From IMG/VR virus record IMGVR_UViG_3300050821_003663, positions 39,678 to 103,677 of that record: a stretch of 64,000 nt of DNA. One strand, written 5' to 3'. The position numbers and the translations under genes are program-made. Source of the DNA: a virus. The notes under the pieces are model-generated. The model was not told where the DNA came from. It was given only the letters and a program-made list of their open reading frames with translations, and searched no databases. Every line of letters starts with the position of its first letter. Positions within the stretch are counted from its first letter, which is position 1. This document shows, in pieces, positions 58,161-64,000 of this stretch.

Positions 58161-58221
58161 ACGCTGGCAACCGGCAATCCAAACCGCGAAGCCAGCGCGA
58201 TATCTGGCTGGGAGGGTTTTT

Positions 58222-58581
58222 ATGCAGATGGAAACAGTTGTAGTGAACACATGCCGCTGCGGTTTTATCGCTGTGGCTGGAACCTTTGACGAAGCTTTAG
58301 AGCTTCACAGGGAACACTGGGACCAGGAGCCGAAAGGCGACCACAAAGGCTACTCGATGGCCGTCTCCGCGCCAATGGGCAATGACCTTGTGGCCTACCT
58401 CATGCGTAAGGCGAGCGTCTACCGCGACGAGTGGAACGCGCTGAACTTCGTAGCAAAGTGGAAGGCCCCCGAGCAGCCGCGATTTATCGCCAAGCCCGCC
58501 CACCGATGGAACATCGTCGGGCGCTTCCTCGACTGGTTTTGCGGTTCAATCGCCGAAATCCACTACGGTAACGAGCGATGA
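58222..58581 (+). CDS. hypothetical protein
   Basis: SD GGGAGGG; CRCG...H. Confidence 0.55.
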   Translation: MQMETVVVNTCRCGFIAVAGTFDEALELHREHWDQEPKGDHKGYSMAVSAPMGNDLVAYLMRKASVYRDEWNALNFVAKWKAPEQPRFIAKPAHRWNIVGRFLDWFCGSIAEIHYGNER

Positions 58582-58871
58582 AAGCCTACCTTTGCCTTGG
58601 TTGCCAGACGAAACAGGTTCACGTCACCGAGCCGAAACGCTGCATGAACCCGAGGTGCAAGGCTGGAGCCGCGTACCTCAAGGAAGAGCTTGCGTTACCA
58701 GGGTTCGAGGGTTCAACCGCAGAGCGAGAGCGCGAGCGAGCGAAGACCGAGCGCGAGGCGATGGAGCGAACGATGCGCGAGCGAGCGGGCGACGTGAGTG
58801 CGAAGGCTGGCAACATCGAACGGGACTCGCCGCTTTTTCGTGGAACTGGGGAGAATCCACTGCTATTCTAG
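58578..58871 (+). CDS. hypothetical Zn-ribbon protein
   Basis: CLGC...CMNPRC. Confidence 0.55.
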   Translation: MKAYLCLGCQTKQVHVTEPKRCMNPRCKAGAAYLKEELALPGFEGSTAERERERAKTEREAMERTMRERAGDVSAKAGNIERDSPLFRGTGENPLLF

Positions 58872-58897
58872 GCGTACCTGTTTTCTCCTGGCCTCAC

Positions 58898-58933
58898 CCC
58901 CCACCGGTTAGTTTTGGTGGGGGCTTTTCTTTT
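58898..58933 (+). terminator. intrinsic terminator
   Basis: CCCCCACC...GGTGGGGG plus CTTTTCTTTT. Confidence 0.7.
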
Positions 58934-58971
58934 GCGGTAAAGGTGGGATTATTGGACAGGAGGGTCACTAA

Positions 58972-59163
58972 ATGGCACGAAACACACACGTAGTCTTCAC
59001 CAGCCGAACCGCAACCGCCCCCAAGCGGAGAGTAACCTTTGGCGTCTACATCGACCTAGACGAACTCGCCCGCCTTGCACTGCGCATCAGCCACAACAAA
59101 GGGCGTAAAGGCAAGGACGGCCCGATACACGTGGAAATTCACAGCATCGAGCCCATCAGCTAA
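58972..59163 (+). CDS. hypothetical protein
   Basis: SD AGGAGGG. Confidence 0.6.
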   Translation: MARNTHVVFTSRTATAPKRRVTFGVYIDLDELARLALRISHNKGRKGKDGPIHVEIHSIEPIS

Positions 59164-59222
59164 CCATCAAACCGCCCGCCGCGAGCGTATCGCGGCAACG
59201 TAAGACCGGGAGGGTCTACCAA

Positions 59223-60071
59223 ATGACAGAAACAACCATCACCGAACAATCGACACTGACCAAACGGCAAGTTAAATTCTATGGTCCTAAGCTCATCACC
59301 TATTGCGACGTAAAAGCCTCCATCGTCGCGGAGGTTCGCTACGATGACGAATGCGGCAACGGGCACAACTCTTTCGCCATCACTGGAACAATCAACGAGA
59401 GCGGAAAGCCGCGCAGCAAGGCTTTCTTAGCGGGTGGATGCTTACACGAGGAGATCGCCAAGCACTTCCCCGAACTCGCCTCGTTCATCAAGTGGCATCT
59501 GTGCAGCTCTGATGGGCCTATGCACTACGTTGGCAATACTGTCTTCTTGGCAGGGGATAAAGACTGTTGGGGACGCAGAAAAGGCGAGGCTAGCCGCTTC
59601 GACTACGGCCTTCGTTTTGGTGGCGTGCCAATCACCCACCGCGTTCGCAGTGATAAATTCTGGGACTTCCTCAAACAGGAGACGCTTTTAGCCAAAGGCA
59701 ACGGACAACGGCCAGCGTTCCATATCACGGAGTTCACCCACAAAGACAGCGACGGGAGAGTTTACAGCCCGCATTACAGCTTTATGGGATATGCAAAAGA
59801 TTGGGCCAGCGCCCCGTTTAGGGATTTCGTAGAAGCCGAGGAGGTTCGCGCAGCCTTCACTAACTGCGATGTGGACTTTGTTGCTGTCCCTGTAGATTTC
59901 AGCGAAGGCAAGGAACGCGAGCTAGACGCGGCCCGCCGCTCTGCTGTGTGGCCTGATGCGACAGACGAGGAGCTGACCGCGCCCGACCTGAAAGAGAAAC
60001 TCTCGGCTCGACTCCCCGCCCTGTTAGCCGAGATGCGCCGAGACGTTGAGAGTCTCGGGCTTGTCTGGTAG
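59223..60071 (+). CDS. hypothetical phage protein
   Basis: YDDECGNGHNSFAITG...GGCLHEEI...KWHL...GPMHY; SD GGGAGGG. Confidence 0.65.
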   Translation: MTETTITEQSTLTKRQVKFYGPKLITYCDVKASIVAEVRYDDECGNGHNSFAITGTINESGKPRSKAFLAGGCLHEEIAKHFPELASFIKWHLCSSDGPMHYVGNTVFLAGDKDCWGRRKGEASRFDYGLRFGGVPITHRVRSDKFWDFLKQETLLAKGNGQRPAFHITEFTHKDSDGRVYSPHYSFMGYAKDWASAPFRDFVEAEEVRAAFTNCDVDFVAVPVDFSEGKERELDAARRSAVWPDATDEELTAPDLKEKLSARLPALLAEMRRDVESLGLVW

Positions 60072-60137
60072 TCCATCAAACTGCAACGATGACCAACCGC
60101 GACGGCCACCGCGTAAAGTGGCCGGGAGGGTCACACC

Positions 60138-61481
60138 ATGAAATTTACGCTTGAAATAGATCTAGGCGAGGGAATTAAGACTTATCGAGATGTCTACTCC
60201 TCTGTGCTGGATTGTGGCGCAACCATCAGCGATTGCGACGAGCCACTGACCGAGGGCATGAAGGCTAATCTATGGGATAACCACGGGGACACCGTCGGCA
60301 AATGGGAAGTAACCGACACGCCTGCTGATCCAATCGAACTCATGTACGTTCAAGCCTTCGAAGGTGAGACGGAGAACGAAAGAGCAAAACGATTAGCCGC
60401 CGAGCCAGCAGAGAAGTGGGGAGGCTACGCCAACGACATCATCAAGAACCCTGACGACTACGACGGTCTAGAGATTCATGGGGTCCGTGACTTGTTCGAC
60501 GGCGACGACAAGAATGGAACTTGTTGCGAGCCTGTCACGGGCACCGACCTACAGCCGCAATTTTTCAGCGTCTACGCTCATTTGAAGGAGGGAGGTGTCG
60601 AGTGTATTGGAGACTTTGAAACCGCAGACGCCGCCCGCAGCTACGCTCTAATCGTATCCCTGCAACACTCCTCCACCACCGCGCCCGCCAACCCCGAGCC
60701 GTGGCCAATCGCAGACCACACCGACAACAAGCCCGAGCCGACAGGCGAAGACATGACGCTTTGCCGGGACTGTGGAACGCAGAACCCAGAGCGCAACCTG
60801 TTAGAGCCTCACCTTGAGAAGCTGGAAAACGGCGCACCGCTCCCCGTCGGATCGTGCCCGCATTGTCTCGGCCCCTGCTACCCAGTAGGCAAGGACCGAG
60901 CCGGATACGTGCCAGCCCCGCGTCCTTACGCGCTGGTGACGGTCTCTGGTGGAGTCGCAGAGATGGCCATCTGCGACGGCGACATTGCCTACGACATCCT
61001 TGACTATGACAACCTCAAGGAGAGCATAGGCCACCGCGAGCAGATCATCCTGTCAGCCCGCGAGTTAGCCTATATCCGCGCCAACGATGACGCCGACTTT
61101 ATCGCGCAGGTAGAAGAGGCGTTGAAGCCCGCAGGCGAGCGGCAGAAACGCTATCAAGCGGAGGAACTCTTCGAGACGCTCAAAGACAGTCAGACCGCGA
61201 TGTGGGACGCAGCGAAGGAGCTGGAGACCCTGTTGGGCGTGGAGATCGACACCACCGACGATTTTAGCGACACCACCCTAGAGAGCCTGACAGCCGAAGA
61301 CGAAGACGAGGAAGACGACGACGGCGACACCGAAGAGTGCAACGGATGGGACTGTCAGACGAGAGTGACGCAGGATGATCCGTATTACGCCACGCCTTGC
61401 GGGACGTTCTGCTCAGCCTGCATGGTTCAACACGTGAAGGACTGCGGAATCTGCCGCAATGAATTCGGGAGCCTCGCCTAG
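60138..61481 (+). CDS. acidic multidomain protein with Zn fingers
   Basis: Asp/Glu-rich, several Cys clusters; SD GGGAGGG. Confidence 0.65.
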   Translation: MKFTLEIDLGEGIKTYRDVYSSVLDCGATISDCDEPLTEGMKANLWDNHGDTVGKWEVTDTPADPIELMYVQAFEGETENERAKRLAAEPAEKWGGYANDIIKNPDDYDGLEIHGVRDLFDGDDKNGTCCEPVTGTDLQPQFFSVYAHLKEGGVECIGDFETADAARSYALIVSLQHSSTTAPANPEPWPIADHTDNKPEPTGEDMTLCRDCGTQNPERNLLEPHLEKLENGAPLPVGSCPHCLGPCYPVGKDRAGYVPAPRPYALVTVSGGVAEMAICDGDIAYDILDYDNLKESIGHREQIILSARELAYIRANDDADFIAQVEEALKPAGERQKRYQAEELFETLKDSQTAMWDAAKELETLLGVEIDTTDDFSDTTLESLTAEDEDEEDDDGDTEECNGWDCQTRVTQDDPYYATPCGTFCSACMVQHVKDCGICRNEFGSLA

Positions 61482-61537
61482 TCCAAATTTTGGACTCACC
61501 ACCACAGCCACCAACCGCAACGAAGGAGGGTACACAA

Positions 61538-61966
61538 ATGCAAGACACAACCATCACTGCCCCACAGACCGCCACCATGACACCACTAGTTATCAACCGC
61601 CCGAACTGGTACAGAGGCCAAGGCGGAAAAGGTTCACGCTTGGTCGTACCCGGCCAAGAGCTTCAGATGTGCTGCTTAGGCTTCTACTGCCGAAGCCGAG
61701 GTGCAACGATTGAGGAGATGGAAGACGAAGCGTTTCCGTCAGACTTGAGAATGGACACACTATGGAGATGGTTAGTTAACCCGCTCCCCGTCAACCCCAG
61801 AAACTACAACTCCACGCTAAAGCCCGACCCCAAAGACGCGGAAACCGAAATAGGCGAAATCAACGACGCCCCAGACATTGACGACGCTACCCGCGAGACG
61901 GAGATCGCCGCCCGCTTTGCTCAGGTGGGAATCGCTGTGGTCTTCGTCGACGAGCCCCTATACTAA
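61538..61966 (+). CDS. hypothetical protein
   Basis: ATG after AGGAGGG; W.RG...MCCLG...ND pattern. Confidence 0.6.
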   Translation: MQDTTITAPQTATMTPLVINRPNWYRGQGGKGSRLVVPGQELQMCCLGFYCRSRGATIEEMEDEAFPSDLRMDTLWRWLVNPLPVNPRNYNSTLKPDPKDAETEIGEINDAPDIDDATRETEIAARFAQVGIAVVFVDEPLY

Positions 61967-62010
61967 GCCACCCCCCACAACCGCAAGAGGAAAGAGGAGG
62001 ATCAGCCACC

Positions 62011-62373
62011 ATGCCAAAGGTAAAAGCCATCAAGGGAGGGTTTCAGATATCCCACACCACCCGTGAAGTCTGGGGAGTCGACGACAACGACGCACCCGCG
62101 AAACGCATGAGACCCGCAGGGTTCTCCGTCGACGTGCCAATCACTCTAACCGTAGCCGTTCGAGGCGAAGACCTCACCGAGGAGCAAGCCTTCGAGATTG
62201 CCCGCGACTACGCCCACAGCCTACAACCGTCGCAGCACGAAACAGACGGTTACAACAGCGCAGCCTTCGGCAGCTCGCCGCGCCACTACATCACGGAGGT
62301 ATCGCTTGAATCATCTACGGAGGAGTCCTGCGAGGTAATCGAGGAGCTGGAGCCGGAGCCCGAAGACAGCTAA
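62011..62373 (+). CDS. hypothetical protein
   Basis: SD GAGGAGG. Confidence 0.6.
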   Translation: MPKVKAIKGGFQISHTTREVWGVDDNDAPAKRMRPAGFSVDVPITLTVAVRGEDLTEEQAFEIARDYAHSLQPSQHETDGYNSAAFGSSPRHYITEVSLESSTEESCEVIEELEPEPEDS

Positions 62374-62403
62374 AAACCGCAGAGACAGAAGGCATCCTCA
62401 CTA

Positions 62404-62433
62404 ACCCTGCAACCCATCGCAGGGTTTCTCTTT
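62404..62433 (+). terminator. probable intrinsic terminator
   Basis: ACCCTGC...GCAGGGT plus TTCTCTTT. Confidence 0.55.
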
Positions 62434-62724
62434 GCCTGTACCTCTACCTATCCCACTCCCCCACCGACGCCACCTAGAGCCACCCACAAAGCCATTTTCA
62501 CCCATTGCACCCACCTCAACCCCACTTTCCACAGTTGCACACTCAACCACCCAGCCCCAGCACTCCGCACAACTTACAGCAAAAGTGAGTCTTCAAAACG
62601 CACCCACGCAGCGCATCCTATAGGGCGTGTTAGTGGGCGTGAGGAATGGAGGCAAGACGGGGAGAGTGAGCGGAGGCAAGGCGGAAGAGATGGCGAGTAC
62701 ATTAGCCTCAAAGGCGAGTACACT

Positions 62725-63045
62725 GTGCTCATGATAGCGATGCGTGAGTGTTGTGTGTGTGAGGTATGCGGGCATGTTTGGGTGTGGGAGAACGAGACGT
62801 TACCGGAGCAGTGTCCAAGCCGGAAGTGTCGCAGTAGGCGATGGAATAGCGGAAGCGTTCGAGTACTCACGGCCAGCGCGAAGCCCGAGAGCGAGCGAGC
62901 GAGCGAACCACCAAAGCAGCCGACAGGCGCCGAGCTTGCAGCCGCCCAGGTGGACCCGCTGCCGGCCGAACGGTCAAGCCATGATCCAGCGGCCTGCCGT
63001 CTCTACAGTTGCCTGATGTGTAAATCGTTGGGGGCTTCCAAGTAG
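62725..63045 (+). CDS. Zn-ribbon protein
   Basis: CEVCGHVW...PEQCPSRKCRSRRWN; C-terminal H...C....C..C. Confidence 0.55.
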   Translation: MLMIAMRECCVCEVCGHVWVWENETLPEQCPSRKCRSRRWNSGSVRVLTASAKPESERASEPPKQPTGAELAAAQVDPLPAERSSHDPAACRLYSCLMCKSLGASK

Positions 63046-63155
63046 GCCGGAACAGTGGGAGTATTGCGGTCAGTACGGAGGGCCTCACGATGCACTGGCA
63101 CTTATTAGCAGACATCCCGACCAACCCACAACCGCAACCCCAAGGAGACACCATC

Positions 63156-63476
63156 ATGTCAGCCGCCACTAAATACACCGACTCCACCCTAGATCGAGCC
63201 CTGCAAGCCTTCCAAGACGGACAGACAGCAGGACGTCACGACATACAGCCCGGCAACGTCTTCCGCTCCGCCACCGTCGCAGCCGACGAGCTTGCCTACT
63301 ACCTCCGCTCTGGCTACGCCAACACCTACCCCGAGAACGTTGCCCGCAACATGTTCATTCAGGGTTACACGTCAGTGCTCCCCACCTTCGTACAGGTGGA
63401 CCGAGATCGCCGCGTCACACAGGATCGCAACGCCGCCGCCTTCACCTTGGTAGGCGTCGGCCTCATCAGCTACTAG
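63156..63476 (+). CDS. hypothetical protein
   Basis: ATG after AAGGAG. Confidence 0.55.
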   Translation: MSAATKYTDSTLDRALQAFQDGQTAGRHDIQPGNVFRSATVAADELAYYLRSGYANTYPENVARNMFIQGYTSVLPTFVQVDRDRRVTQDRNAAAFTLVGVGLISY

Positions 63477-63498
63477 CAGCCGCAACCCTGTCAGACTC

Positions 63499-63526
63499 GC
63501 CCTAGCTACGGCTAGGGCATTCTTTT
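63499..63526 (+). terminator. intrinsic terminator
   Basis: GCCCTAGC-TACG-GCTAGGGC plus ATTCTTTT. Confidence 0.75.
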
Positions 63527-64000
63527 GCCTCTGTGGCGAGCCCTACAACGCGCCGATGGAGATCGGCTGGACCCGTAGCACCACCCAAAACACCCCCACA
63601 GCCGCTCACAGCCGCAGAGAAGACAGAGGGTCTTCACATAGGGGGAGAGAGACATCTACCACCAAGGCACTCTCCCCCCGCCTGCCTTCTCCCCCCTCTG
63701 CCCACCCTGCTACCGCGCCCTCTCCCCTGCCGCCTGCCAGCCACGCCCCGCCGCCTACGGCCTGCCCCGTTACCCCCTCCTCCGCTACTCTCCCGGTCTA
63801 AGGGGTGGGCGGGGGTCTCGCCTGCGGCGAGACTAGCCCCACCAGAGTGAGCACGATATTGAAACTGTGGGATGTTGGCTATTTATTTTTGGAGGGGTAT
63901 GGACAAGGGGGTGGGATGTGGTAGTTTGTTGATGTTGGCTAAATTGTCAGAAAAAAAATTCGACTTTTTATAATGCGTGTTGATAGGGGGAGTGGGCGGG

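Larger units (their letters stand above)
2208..61495. repeat. dispersed 15-bp palindrome GTCCAAAWTTTGGAC (6 copies)
   Basis: Copies at 2208 (one mismatch), 11988, 22456, 45436, 55360, 61481. Confidence 0.85.

Noticed and set aside
2208-61495. CRISPR array or IS ends as explanation for the repeated palindrome
   Set aside because: Copies are kilobases apart and mostly intragenic; no spacers, cas genes or transposase
62432-63850. Pro-rich ORFs at 62432, 63533 and 63556
   Set aside because: Artefacts of C-rich low-complexity DNA downstream of terminators

Overview
This 64 kb window is part of a GC-rich tailed dsDNA bacteriophage or prophage, with almost all genes on the + strand. The host is probably a diderm; Acidobacteriota is my inference from a PEP-CTERM protein, signal peptides ending A-Q, and an ELPSAP-type secreted domain. 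Order: (1) end of a podovirus-like virion module (GNAT-like protein, two likely ejection proteins, and a 3708-aa polyvalent protein with ParB-like, HExxH and strawberry-notch-like SF2 helicase domains); (2) a small divergent regulatory switch; (3) recombination/replication genes (SSAP-like, KTSC, PD-(D/E)XK exonuclease, RuvC-like, initiator, DnaB, HNH); (4) a 16-kb block of seven tail-fibre/adhesin/depolymerase-like genes that all appear to carry N-terminal Sec signal peptides and are Cys-rich; (5) a lysis and peptidase module; (6) a long accessory region with MazG-like, ParB-like, PEP-CTERM, lipoprotein, ACP-like and DUF932-like genes; (7) a non-coding, strand-skewed right end. No capsid, terminase, portal, integrase, rRNA, canonical tRNA or CRISPR array was recognised. 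Top leads: the apparently exported fibre/receptor-binding system; a 15-bp palindrome GTCCAAAWTTTGGAC found six times (four inside genes) alongside a ParB gene; and an acyl carrier protein homologue whose phosphopantetheine Ser is replaced by Trp. All family calls are from motif recognition by eye, not database searches.
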